Of a stretch of 64,000 nt of DNA, positions 50,206-59,305 are shown in pieces; position 1 is the stretch's first letter, and every line of letters starts with the position of its first letter. This stretch comes from Armatimonadota bacterium (lineage in GTDB: Bacteria; Armatimonadota; UBA5829; DTLH01), in NCBI GenBank assembly GCA_038207085.1, contig JBBRAE010000004.1:96001-160000 (forward strand). Direction: 5' to 3'. Made by a program: the position numbers and the translations under genes. The notes beneath the pieces were generated by a model that was not told the DNA's origin, ran no database searches, and was given only the letters and a program-made list of their open reading frames with translations.

Positions 50206-50436
50206 TTGAAGAACCTGATTGAGCTGCTCGTCAAGGCGCTTGTCGAAGAGCAGGACAAGGTGGAAGTGACCGAGGCCGATCACAGTGATTCGGTGACGTA
50301 TCAGATCCACGTGGCTCCTGAGGACCTCGGCAAGGTTATCGGCAGGGACGGCAAAATCGCAAACGCTCTACGCACGGTCGTCAAGGCCGCCGCGATGAAG
50401 GGCGATAAAAAAGTGTTTGTGGACATCGAGTCCTAG
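50206..50436 (+). CDS. khpA: KH domain RNA-binding protein
   Basis: DLGKVIGRDG..ANALRT; position after rpsP. Confidence 0.93.
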   Translation: MKNLIELLVKALVEEQDKVEVTEADHSDSVTYQIHVAPEDLGKVIGRDGKIANALRTVVKAAAMKGDKKVFVDIES

Positions 50437-50513
50437 CCTGCTTTATTCGTGAAGCGAATAAAGCTCTCGCTAGCAAAGCATTATTCATGCTCCTCGTGAA
50501 TAATGCCGGCTAG
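50433..50513 (+). repeat. Family F element, copy 4
   Basis: The left CTAG contains the khpA TAG stop. Confidence 0.9.
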
Positions 50514-50534
50514 ACTATTATATAGCGAGGCAGA

Positions 50535-50939
50535 ATGAAACTTACGCGCCCGGTGACGGTCAAGGCGATCGTTACAGAAGAGTTCAAACAGAACGCAAAG
50601 GTAGAGCTTGAGAGCACTATCTCCAGGCTTGAGGCCGCGTCGCAGCAGATTGAGTTCAACCTCAAGCGCTACGTACCGGAGGTCGCCAAGACGGATCTGA
50701 ACCAGGCAAGCCGCCTCCGCCAGGAGCTCGAAGCCGAGCGCGCAAGGCAGGACGGCGCACGCACCGAGCTTACCGGCCGACTAAAAGAGATCAACGAGCT
50801 TGAGATCGGCGGTGAGTACGTTCAGGGCCAGATCGAAAGCCAGGTAGATGTCAAGGTCGGTGACAACCTCGCTGAGAAGATGGCAGTGGCGGAGATACTC
50901 ACCAAGGACGGGATAATCGTAGAGATTCACGGCGAGTGA
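50535..50939 (+). CDS. ylqD: YlqD family protein
   Basis: RPVTVKAIVTE.FK; coiled coil; V.VGD; EI..KDG.IVEI; synteny. Confidence 0.88.
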   Translation: MKLTRPVTVKAIVTEEFKQNAKVELESTISRLEAASQQIEFNLKRYVPEVAKTDLNQASRLRQELEAERARQDGARTELTGRLKEINELEIGGEYVQGQIESQVDVKVGDNLAEKMAVAEILTKDGIIVEIHGE

Positions 50940-51442
50940 CGATGAACGCGCCTGAGGTCACCATCGGCACGGTAATCACCCCGCACGGGATTCGCGGCGA
51001 GCTTCGCGTGAAGCTTTTGACCGATTTTCCCGAGCGGTTCGAGGAGCTTGACGAAGTTTGGGTCGAGATCCCCGGTGAGTCTGGGCGCGTGATGGAGATC
51101 GAAAGCGTTCGCCCGTACAAAGAAGGCCTCATTCTGAAGCTTTCCGGTGTGGAGGATCGCACCGCCGCCGAGGGTTATCGAGGCGCTGATCTTCGTATCG
51201 ACGAGGGTCAGATGGTCGAGCTTGAGGACGGCGAGTTCTACATCCACGACCTGATCGGGCTTGAGGTGTTTACGACCGAAGGCGTGAGCCTCGGGCAGGT
51301 GACCCAAGTGCTCCAGGGCGCGGCAAACGACGTTTACGTCACGCCAAAGGGGATGATCCCCGCGGTAAAGCAGTTCGTCGTCGAGATCGACCTCGCCGCG
51401 CGCAAGATGCTCGTAACGCCCGATGGCGTGCTGGAGACGTAG
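50936..51442 (+). CDS. rimM: Ribosome maturation factor RimM
   Basis: IG....HGIRGE; TDFPERF; EFY..DLIG; GA.NDVY; IPAV. Confidence 0.95.
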   Translation: MTMNAPEVTIGTVITPHGIRGELRVKLLTDFPERFEELDEVWVEIPGESGRVMEIESVRPYKEGLILKLSGVEDRTAAEGYRGADLRIDEGQMVELEDGEFYIHDLIGLEVFTTEGVSLGQVTQVLQGAANDVYVTPKGMIPAVKQFVVEIDLAARKMLVTPDGVLET

Positions 51443-51448
51443 GAAGCT

Positions 51449-51515
51449 CTTAGCTATTGGCTATTGGCAGTTAGGTTTCGTACTGCTAAAAGCTAATAGC
51501 TAACTGCTAATAGCT
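51449..51515. repeat. Inverted heptamer arrays (TAGCTAT-like / GCTAATA-like)
   Basis: Same family near 11597, 33915, 46408 and 59268. Confidence 0.75.
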
Positions 51516-51519
51516 ATTT

Positions 51520-52293
51520 ATGAGAGTTGATATTCTGACGGTCTTCCCGGAGTTTGTCGAGGCTGGAGCTAGTTACAGTATCGTCAAGCGTGCGCGGGAC
51601 AAGGGTGTGCTTCAGTTTGCGGCGCACAACCTGCGGGACTGGACCCACGACAGGCACCGTTCGACGGACGATGCGCCGTTTGGTCCGGGCGCGGGGATGG
51701 TGATGAAGCCCGAGCCGATCTTTGAGGCAGTCGAAAGCCTGCGCGAAGAGTTCGGTGTGCCGGGAAAGACGAAAGTCTTGCTGATGACCCCTCAGGGGAA
51801 GCCCTTCAGCCAGAAGATGGCCAGAGAGCTTGCCCAGGAGGAGCATCTGATTATACTTTGCGGGCACTATGAAGGTGTCGATGAGCGCGTCAGGGAGCAC
51901 TTGATCGAGATGGAGATATCCATCGGAGACTATGTGCTTACCGGAGGCGAGCTTCCGGCGCTTGTGGTGCTTGACGCAGTTACGAGGCTCCAGCCCGGAG
52001 TTTTAGGTGACGACGAGTCTTCTGTGGAGGAGTCGTTCACCGAAGACCTGCTGGAGTATCCGCATTATACCCGTCCCGCGGAGTTCCGGGGATGGAAGGT
52101 GCCTGACGTGCTTTTGTCAGGCCACCATGCGGAAATCGCCAAATGGCGAAGAATCAAGGCGCTTGAGCGGACGCTCGATAGACGACCGGACCTGCTGGAG
52201 CGCGCAGAGTTAAACAAACACGACAGAGAAACATTGCGAAGGCTCATAAGTGAGCGCGCAAGCGAGGAGGACTATTTTGACGACGGTGATTGA
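51520..52293 (+). CDS. trmD: tRNA (guanine-37-N1)-methyltransferase
   Basis: [40 protein letters not shown]. Confidence 0.98.
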   Translation: MRVDILTVFPEFVEAGASYSIVKRARDKGVLQFAAHNLRDWTHDRHRSTDDAPFGPGAGMVMKPEPIFEAVESLREEFGVPGKTKVLLMTPQGKPFSQKMARELAQEEHLIILCGHYEGVDERVREHLIEMEISIGDYVLTGGELPALVVLDAVTRLQPGVLGDDESSVEESFTEDLLEYPHYTRPAEFRGWKVPDVLLSGHHAEIAKWRRIKALERTLDRRPDLLERAELNKHDRETLRRLISERASEEDYFDDGD

Positions 52294-52621
52294 ACAACTG
52301 GAGCGCGAGCAGCTCCGGGACGATGTGCCGAGCTTTGGACCCGGCGATACGGTTCGCGTACACTACCGAGTTATCGAAGGTGGCAAGGAGCGAATCCAGG
52401 TATTTGAGGGTAACGTTATTGCCCGCAAAGAGGGTGGGATCAGATCTTGCTTTACAGTAAGGAAGATCTCCAACCAGGTCGGAGTGGAGAGGGTTTTCCC
52501 AATGCATTCCCCGAGGATCGCAAAGATCGAAGTGACCAGGCGCGGTGACGTCCGTAGAGCCAAGCTGTATTACCTCCGTGGCAGAGTCGGTAAAGCCGCT
52601 CGCATCAAGGAGAAGAGGTAA
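52277..52621 (+). CDS. rplS: 50S ribosomal protein L19
   Basis: [37 protein letters not shown] start after GAGGAGG. Confidence 0.98.
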   Translation: MTTVIEQLEREQLRDDVPSFGPGDTVRVHYRVIEGGKERIQVFEGNVIARKEGGIRSCFTVRKISNQVGVERVFPMHSPRIAKIEVTRRGDVRRAKLYYLRGRVGKAARIKEKR

Positions 52622-52702
52622 CACAACCGTAAGGCTCGCTTGCGTGCTTGAGCGACCGCTTTGTGCGGCCCGCTCGTCACGGAAGATAAGGACATTTCTG
52701 AA

Positions 52703-53869
52703 ATGAGCAATGTTACAGAGTGGCTCGCAAACCTGAACACCGCCACGGTCCTCATTGTGATGGCCGTGCTTTTGGCGCTCAGGTTTGCTTTGCTGCCAGT
52801 TAAAAGCCAGGCTGCCAAGTCGGTCGCGGAAATTGCAGAGTCCCTCGCAATAGCGATGGGGCTCGTCTTTTTGATCATTCGCCCGTTCTTCGTGCAGGCG
52901 TTCTTTATCCCTTCGGAATCTATGCTCTCGACGCTTCGCGTGCACGACCATATTCTGGTGAACAAGACCGTCTACCTGATGCGCGCCCCGAAGCCCGGTG
53001 AGATCGCGGTTTTCGCCGCTCCTCCTGAGGCGCTTCACGGCGAAATGCTCGAAGCGCAGCTAAACGAGGGCAAGCAGACCGATTACATCAAGCGCGTGAC
53101 CGGCGCGCCCGGCGACACCATTCGCGTGGAGCCCGGCTACATATCGGTCAACGGCGCCAAGCTCACCCGCGAGGCGCTTCGGACGATCTATCAAGAATAC
53201 AAAGCCGAAAAGCACGTTGGAGTTTATAGATTTTGGACGGTCGACATGGACCGCGTGAATCGCGCAAACGATTCCATCGGTCAAGTTGTAGACAAGATGA
53301 TCGCCGCATTTGCCCGCGGTGACCAGCCGAGCCAGGGATTCAATGGCCCTGAAATCGACGGTATCCCGATCAAAGAGTCCCCAGTTGTGGATCTCGGAGG
53401 CTTTGCCATCGGCCCGAGCGGCCCAAGCGTGCGCCTCGGGATGGACGGGGTCTACGTCGACGGGCGCAAGCTCACAGACCAAGAGGCCAGGAAACCGTTC
53501 CCGACCAGCGCCAAGGTCGAGATTAACCCCGGGTACGTCGTTCGAAACGGCAAGGTCTGGGACCAGCCATATCTGGGTGAGGACGCCGAAAGCGCCTACC
53601 CGATAACTGAAATCGACCCGACAGATCTGGCAAGCTCCATAATTGCGCCCGCCGTCAACAAGGCGGTCGCCGACAAAAAGATCGAGCTCGTTCAGGACTC
53701 GACCGGACACCTCGCCGCAAAGCTTATGCCCGGGCAGTACCTGATGATGGGCGACAATCGCAACAACTCAAGCGACGGCCGATTCTGGGGGCCGGTGGAG
53801 CGCTGGAGGCTGAAAGGTCGCCCGCTCTTTACGTTCTTCCCCATGAGCAGGTTTGGATGGGTAAGGTAG
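52703..53869 (+). CDS. lepB: Signal peptidase I with a large insertion
   Basis: IPSESM..TL; DYIKRV.G.PGD; MMGDNRNNS.DGRFWG. Confidence 0.93.
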   Translation: MSNVTEWLANLNTATVLIVMAVLLALRFALLPVKSQAAKSVAEIAESLAIAMGLVFLIIRPFFVQAFFIPSESMLSTLRVHDHILVNKTVYLMRAPKPGEIAVFAAPPEALHGEMLEAQLNEGKQTDYIKRVTGAPGDTIRVEPGYISVNGAKLTREALRTIYQEYKAEKHVGVYRFWTVDMDRVNRANDSIGQVVDKMIAAFARGDQPSQGFNGPEIDGIPIKESPVVDLGGFAIGPSGPSVRLGMDGVYVDGRKLTDQEARKPFPTSAKVEINPGYVVRNGKVWDQPYLGEDAESAYPITEIDPTDLASSIIAPAVNKAVADKKIELVQDSTGHLAAKLMPGQYLMMGDNRNNSSDGRFWGPVERWRLKGRPLFTFFPMSRFGWVR

Positions 53870-54510
53870 TCGAGGTCGACCTGTGGCGCTTCGAGTGTGA
53901 GGCACGCGAGTCGGGCTACAAGCTCGTTGTGGGGGTCGACGAAGCGGGGCGTGGGCCGCTTGCGGGTCCAGTTGTCGCAGCCGCCGTTATTTTGCCCGAG
54001 GGGTTTGACCTGAATGGTATCGGCGACTCGAAAAAGCTCTCAGCGGGCGCGCGAGACCGCGCGTTTGATCGAATCAGGTCTGAAGCGCTCGCAGTCGGAG
54101 TTGGGATAATAGATCCCGAAACGATCGACCGGGTGAATATTCTTCAGGCGACATTTCTTGCTATGAAGGCGGCGCTTTCTGACATGGGCGCCGCCTTTGA
54201 CTATGTACTGGTAGACGGTGACAAGAAGATACCCAGCCTTGGGGTCGCGCAGGCGGCGATAGTTGATGGTGACGCGCTCTCGGCCACGATCGGGGCGGCC
54301 TCGATCATCGCCAAAGTCACCCGGGACTGCATCATGGTAACGCTTGCCGAGGAGCATCCCGGCTACGGGTTTGAGCGGCACAAGGGCTATCCTACCAAAG
54401 ACCACATGCGAGCACTCGATGATCTTGGGGTCTGCATCGCCCACCGAAAGAGCTTTGGTCCGGTATGCGAAAAGCTGAAAAACGAGCGCCAACAGCGAAG
54501 TCTCTTCTAG
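53857..54510 (+). CDS. rnhB: Ribonuclease HII
   Basis: GVDEAGRGPLAGPV; DSKKL; VDG; AASIIAKV.RD; HKGYPT. Confidence 0.97.
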   Translation: MGKVVEVDLWRFECEARESGYKLVVGVDEAGRGPLAGPVVAAAVILPEGFDLNGIGDSKKLSAGARDRAFDRIRSEALAVGVGIIDPETIDRVNILQATFLAMKAALSDMGAAFDYVLVDGDKKIPSLGVAQAAIVDGDALSATIGAASIIAKVTRDCIMVTLAEEHPGYGFERHKGYPTKDHMRALDDLGVCIAHRKSFGPVCEKLKNERQQRSLF

Positions 54511-54848
54511 GCAAGCGCGGCGAGGAAGTCACGTCCGAGCGCCTTGTGAGCCTGGGGTGGGAGATCGTCGAGAAGAACTTCCGGTGTCGCGGCGGGGAGA
54601 TCGATATCATCGCCCGAGACAGCGGCACGCTTGTCTTTGTGGAGGTGCGGAGCCGCCGCAGAAGCGACTTCATGAGCCCGGCCGAGTCGGTCGACTACCG
54701 CAAGCAGCAAAAGCTCATCCTCACCGCCCGGTACTACCTCTACACCAAGGGCCTTGACTGCGACTGCCGCTTCGACGTCTCTGAGGTGCTCTTTGAGCAG
54801 GACAAGCCCGTCTCAGTCGAGATCATCAAGAACGCGTTTGATTCGTAA
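54465..54848 (+). CDS. yraN: YraN family endonuclease-like protein
   Basis: G..GE; NFR...GEIDIIA; LVFVEV; RFDV. Confidence 0.92.
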   Translation: MRKAEKRAPTAKSLLGKRGEEVTSERLVSLGWEIVEKNFRCRGGEIDIIARDSGTLVFVEVRSRRRSDFMSPAESVDYRKQQKLILTARYYLYTKGLDCDCRFDVSEVLFEQDKPVSVEIIKNAFDS

Positions 54849-55494
54849 CGGGCTCGACGTTCGTTTCTATCCACGCGATGAACTCCTTCACCTGTGCAAA
54901 CACCGCCTGCGGCCCCCGCGCCCGCATCGCTTCGATGTCCGAGCCCTTCGCCCACCCAGCCGAGAGCGCAACGACGCCCGCCTCTTTGGAGCCGTCAACG
55001 TCGGAGGGCCAGTCGCCGAGGTAGGCGACTTCACCCGGGTCAAACCCCCAGCTATCCACGATTCTTGTGATAAGCTGCGGCTTCACTCCGCCCTTTTCTG
55101 AGCCGGTCTCCATCGCGTCAAAGTAGTGTGCGAGTCCGAGAAAGTCTATCGAATACTTCGCGCTGTGGACGCCCTTGCCGGTCGCTATGCCTAGCCTGAT
55201 CCCCTTCGCCTGGAGCAAGTCAAGCGCGGTTTCTATACCGGGAAAGGCCGAAGTGCAGTTCTGGTGGACCGCCGCGTATTCCCTGAGAAACGTCGCAAGC
55301 GCGCTCTGCCAGTCCTCAGGCACTGCGCGCTGGACAATACCTTCGTCGTTTGGCCCGTAGAACGCGGTGATCTCGGGGTCAGAGAACTCCCGCCCGAGAT
55401 GGAGGCGAAACGTCCGCCGGTATGCCTCAAGGCAGAGGGGCATGGTGTCGGCGAGCGTGCCGTCGAGGTCGAAAATCATCCCTTTTAGTTTCAA
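54826..55494 (-). CDS. HAD family hydrolase
   Basis: FDLDGTL.D; IATGK; KP; YLGD...D. Confidence 0.92.
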   Translation of the reverse strand: MKLKGMIFDLDGTLADTMPLCLEAYRRTFRLHLGREFSDPEITAFYGPNDEGIVQRAVPEDWQSALATFLREYAAVHQNCTSAFPGIETALDLLQAKGIRLGIATGKGVHSAKYSIDFLGLAHYFDAMETGSEKGGVKPQLITRIVDSWGFDPGEVAYLGDWPSDVDGSKEAGVVALSAGWAKGSDIEAMRARGPQAVFAQVKEFIAWIETNVEPVTNQTRS

Positions 55495-55533
55495 AATCCT
55501 TATCCTTATACTATTTACTATGCATACTATTTA

Positions 55534-56541
55534 CTATGCCGCCAGTGGCAGGACGGGCGCGCGCCGGTCGGTCGCCTTTGACTGCGGCTTCTTTGCAGGC
55601 GCAAGCCACTGATTGAGAAGCAAGTTCATCCCGCGATCCTCTTTGATCGATCGGTTGACGGGTATCAGCTTGCCCTGGGTTTTGATAAGCGCCCAACTGT
55701 TGGTCTTCGCGAACGTGAGGTCAAGCTTGCCAAGTGCCACGCCCATCTCTCCGGCTTGGACGATCGGGACTTGGCGGCCGTTAGGGTTCTTGATCATCAC
55801 AGGCGTCGGGATGAACGTGTGCGAGTCCCCGCCGATGATTGCGTCGATCCCCGCGACGTGCTCGGCGAGTTCGCGGTCCATATCGGCTCCTATGTGTGTA
55901 AGCGCGATCAACACGTCGCACTCACGCCTCGCGATCGGGACCCACTTTTTCGCCGATTCGATCGGGTCTGATATCGTCCACCCCTGGGTCTGGGGATAGT
56001 CTTTGGAGCGCGGCGCGGTGAGTCCGAGGAGTCCCACCCTAACCCCGCCGAACCTGCGCACGACAAATGGGTGAACCCCTTCGACTGGCACACCGCTTGC
56101 GCCGACGGTGAGGTTTGCCGCAAGCCAGGGAAAGCGCGACAGGCGCAAGAGTTTCAGCATCATCCCTTGTGACTCGGCGCCAAGAAACGCCTTGAACTCG
56201 TTGTTGCCGACGCAGAGCGCGTCGTACCCCATATAGTTCAGCGCCTCGATCTCAGGCTCGCCGAAGAACTTCAGGTGCCAGGGCCCGCGGGTGAACGTGT
56301 CCCCGCAGTCGACGACGACCACCGGCGTAAGCGTGCTCTTCTTGATCTCCGAGATCAGTGTTGAGCGGCGGGCAAGGCCTCCCATCGAGACATCGGCGTA
56401 GTCCTTGTTCGCCCCGTAGGAAAACGGCCGCATCATCCCGTGCAAGTCGTTTGTGTGGAGCACGGTGAGCTGAAAAGTAGTCCCCGCAAACGCGCCCGTG
56501 GCGACGAGCAAAACAAGTATAGTCGTAAATAGTCGTTTCAT
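55534..56541 (-). CDS. Secreted 5'-nucleotidase-like metallophosphoesterase (N-terminal domain only)
   Basis: Signal peptide; LHTNDLHG; D.GD; GNNEF; LTH.G; IIGG.SHT. Confidence 0.85.
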   Translation of the reverse strand: MKRLFTTILVLLVATGAFAGTTFQLTVLHTNDLHGMMRPFSYGANKDYADVSMGGLARRSTLISEIKKSTLTPVVVVDCGDTFTRGPWHLKFFGEPEIEALNYMGYDALCVGNNEFKAFLGAESQGMMLKLLRLSRFPWLAANLTVGASGVPVEGVHPFVVRRFGGVRVGLLGLTAPRSKDYPQTQGWTISDPIESAKKWVPIARRECDVLIALTHIGADMDRELAEHVAGIDAIIGGDSHTFIPTPVMIKNPNGRQVPIVQAGEMGVALGKLDLTFAKTNSWALIKTQGKLIPVNRSIKEDRGMNLLLNQWLAPAKKPQSKATDRRAPVLPLAA

Positions 56542-56702
56542 AGGGATAGTGTAGAGTCAAAAGTGCAAAGTGTAAAGTAGCTGAGTAGCTGTGTGCGTAT
56601 TGTGGAGCTTGGTCCAAACTGGTATAATTGCAGATGATCGTGATGGGCGGCGGGTGTGTTGTTTCCGCTGCCGAGTCCTTCAAGGATAGGAGAGCTTCCA
56701 CT

Positions 56703-58223
56703 ATGCGCAAACGAACGATGTTCAGCGTTATTGCCGTAACCCTCGCGCTTGCGACTTCTACGGCCGTTATTGCGGCCCCGCAGAAGTCGGATTTCGATAG
56801 AGGTGTGATCGCTTACAGGCAGAACGATATCACCGGGTCGATCGCGGCGTTTCAGAAAGCCATTGAGACCAACAGAGAGGATGCTCTGGCGCAAAGCTGG
56901 CTCGGGTTCATTCTGCTGAAACAGGGGAATTCCGCTGAGGCGGTTGCACCGCTTCAGAAGGCGAGCACGCTTTCTCCGAAGGATCCGGAGGTCTGGAACA
57001 ACCTCGGCACGGCCTATCTCAATATCGGCGAGGCAGAGAAGTCTGTCGCCGCCTATCGTGAGGCGCTGAAGCTTCGTCCTTCATCGGCTGATCAGCTCTA
57101 CAACCTCGGAAACGCCCAGCTCAGCCTCGGCAAACCCGCCGACGCCGAAAAGACGTTCCGCCAGGCGGTTGCGTCCAAGCCGAAGGACACTTCCATCCTA
57201 AACAACCTCGCGCTTTCCCTCCAGCAGCAGGGCAAGACCCAGGAGGCGATCGCGACGTTCAAGGCGGCGCTTGCGATCGAACCCAACAGCCCATCACTTC
57301 TGCTCAACCTCGGACTCGCTCAAAAGGCGAATCGTGACTATGCTGCGGCACAGACCACACTTGACCGGGCTACCAAAGCAAGCAAGGACAACTACTACGC
57401 CCGAGTTGCGCTCGGCGAGATCCTCGCGGGCCAGGGCAAAGACAATGATGCGATCGCACACTACAAAGTCGCCGCGTCGCTTCGTCCGGACCAGTTCACT
57501 CCGCACTACAATTTGGGAATACTTTACGCGAACCTGGGCAAGCACAAGCTCGCCGTCGATGAGTTTACCGCCGCGCAGAAGATCAAGCCCGCTGATGTCG
57601 ACACCATGGTGAACCTCGGCTGGTCGATCTACAAGACAGGGCAGGACGATCAGGGTATCTCCACGCTAAAGGCCGCCGTCGCGCTCGATGGCGCCTTTGT
57701 CGAGGCCCACAAGCACCTTGCAGCGGCGTATATGACCAAAAAAGACACTCTGGCGACCGTGGATTCCAAGTCCGAGTATCGCGATCTTGCCATCGGCGAG
57801 TGGTCGCAGGTGACCCGGCTCGACGCCAAAGACATCGTCGCCCACATCAACCTCGGCAACCTTTACTGGGAAGCAAAAGACATCTCCAAGGCTTCGGTTG
57901 AGTATCGCGCGGCTGTCGCGCTCGACCCCAAGAGCCCTCAGGCAAAGCTTGGGCTCGGTCTGGCGCTTGTTAAAGAGGGGAAACTCGACGAGGCGATCTC
58001 CCAGTATAATAGTTTGATCAATTCAGACGCCGGAGCGAAGATCATCGCCGCCGCTTACAACAACCTCGGCGTCGCCTACGAGCAGAAGTCCGAGAGCGCA
58101 ACCGGCGCTGAAAAGTCCAAGCTGATTGATTCGGCCCGGGACAGCTACACAAAGGCGCTCGCGCTCGACAAGGACTACAAGGACGCTCTGTATAATCTTG
58201 GACGATTGCCAAAGAAGTCGTAG
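56703..58223 (+). CDS. Secreted tetratricopeptide repeat protein
   Basis: Signal peptide; repeated NLG..Y...G....A...Y..A....P units. Confidence 0.92.
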   Translation: MRKRTMFSVIAVTLALATSTAVIAAPQKSDFDRGVIAYRQNDITGSIAAFQKAIETNREDALAQSWLGFILLKQGNSAEAVAPLQKASTLSPKDPEVWNNLGTAYLNIGEAEKSVAAYREALKLRPSSADQLYNLGNAQLSLGKPADAEKTFRQAVASKPKDTSILNNLALSLQQQGKTQEAIATFKAALAIEPNSPSLLLNLGLAQKANRDYAAAQTTLDRATKASKDNYYARVALGEILAGQGKDNDAIAHYKVAASLRPDQFTPHYNLGILYANLGKHKLAVDEFTAAQKIKPADVDTMVNLGWSIYKTGQDDQGISTLKAAVALDGAFVEAHKHLAAAYMTKKDTLATVDSKSEYRDLAIGEWSQVTRLDAKDIVAHINLGNLYWEAKDISKASVEYRAAVALDPKSPQAKLGLGLALVKEGKLDEAISQYNSLINSDAGAKIIAAAYNNLGVAYEQKSESATGAEKSKLIDSARDSYTKALALDKDYKDALYNLGRLPKKS

Positions 58224-58259
58224 CCCGCGCCAAATGGTGCAGATAGGATCAGGCAGCGT

Positions 58260-59126
58260 GTGAAATCGATAGGTTTCGTCGTCAACCCTCACAAGGAAGA
58301 CGCCCTGCGCCTTGCCGCGGAACTCGTTCTGTGGCTGGGTGAGCGGGGCGTTGCCGCGCTTGTGGAGCATGAACCGGCGCGTGGGATTGGCCGGGAGGAC
58401 ATCGGGGCTACGCTTGAGGCCGTGAGCGAGACGGACATGGTCGTGGTGCTCGGCGGCGACGGCTCGATCCTCCGCGCGGCGCGCGTTGCCGGTCCCAAGG
58501 GCACGCCTATCCTCGGCGTCCACTTCGGGCAGTATGGTTTCATCACCGAGATCCATCCGCCCGACGTGATACCGGCGCTCACCAAGGTGCTTGAGGGCGA
58601 CTTCAAGATAAGCGAGCGGATGATGTTCACTGCAAAGCTCATTCGCGGCGACGAGGAGCTTTTGACGGCTCCGGCGATGAACGATGTGGTCGTCTCCAAG
58701 GGCCCGCTTTCCCGCCTGCTCACGCTGCACACGTTTATAAACGACCGGTTTATCACGACTTATGCGGCCGACGGGATCATCATCGCGACGCCGACCGGTT
58801 CGACCGGCTACTCGCTTTCAGCAGGCGGCCCGGTGGTGCATCCGAGTGTCCAGATCGCGATCGTCACCCCGATCTGCCCGCACACGCTAAACGCAAGGTC
58901 GCTTGTCGTGCCGGACACGGAGGCGATCCAGATCGTGGGCGAGTGCACCGGCATTGAGGACGATATGACGCTCACCGTCGACGGTCAGGCAGGCTACAAG
59001 ATGCTCTGCAGCGACAAAGTAGACGTCCGCCGCGCCGACTACAGCGCAAGAATCGTCTACTGGGACAAGCTCAGTTTCTACGACAAACTGAGAAGCCGCC
59101 TCAGATGGGGCGAGAGATTTAGTTAG
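58260..59126 (+). CDS. nadK: NAD kinase
   Basis: LGGDG; ND; ADG...ATPTGST.YSLSAGGP; TPICPH; DGQ. Confidence 0.96.
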   Translation: MKSIGFVVNPHKEDALRLAAELVLWLGERGVAALVEHEPARGIGREDIGATLEAVSETDMVVVLGGDGSILRAARVAGPKGTPILGVHFGQYGFITEIHPPDVIPALTKVLEGDFKISERMMFTAKLIRGDEELLTAPAMNDVVVSKGPLSRLLTLHTFINDRFITTYAADGIIIATPTGSTGYSLSAGGPVVHPSVQIAIVTPICPHTLNARSLVVPDTEAIQIVGECTGIEDDMTLTVDGQAGYKMLCSDKVDVRRADYSARIVYWDKLSFYDKLRSRLRWGERFS

Positions 59127-59143
59127 GGAAGTGCAAAGTGCAC

Positions 59144-59264
59144 GATCGCGCCGGGTCTCCAGACCCGTTGCGGACATTCCCAGGGTCTCTGACCCCGCAC
59201 CAGGAGAATCGGGGTCTGGAGACCCCTCAAATATGCGTGCCGCGTCAGGAGACACGGCACGATC
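59144..59264 (-). repeat. Family B element, copy 2
   Basis: Reverse complement of 11725-11845, with substitutions. Confidence 0.85.
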
Positions 59265-59305
59265 GCAGCTAATAGCTAATGGCTAAAAGCTAACGGCTTC
59301 CCTAT

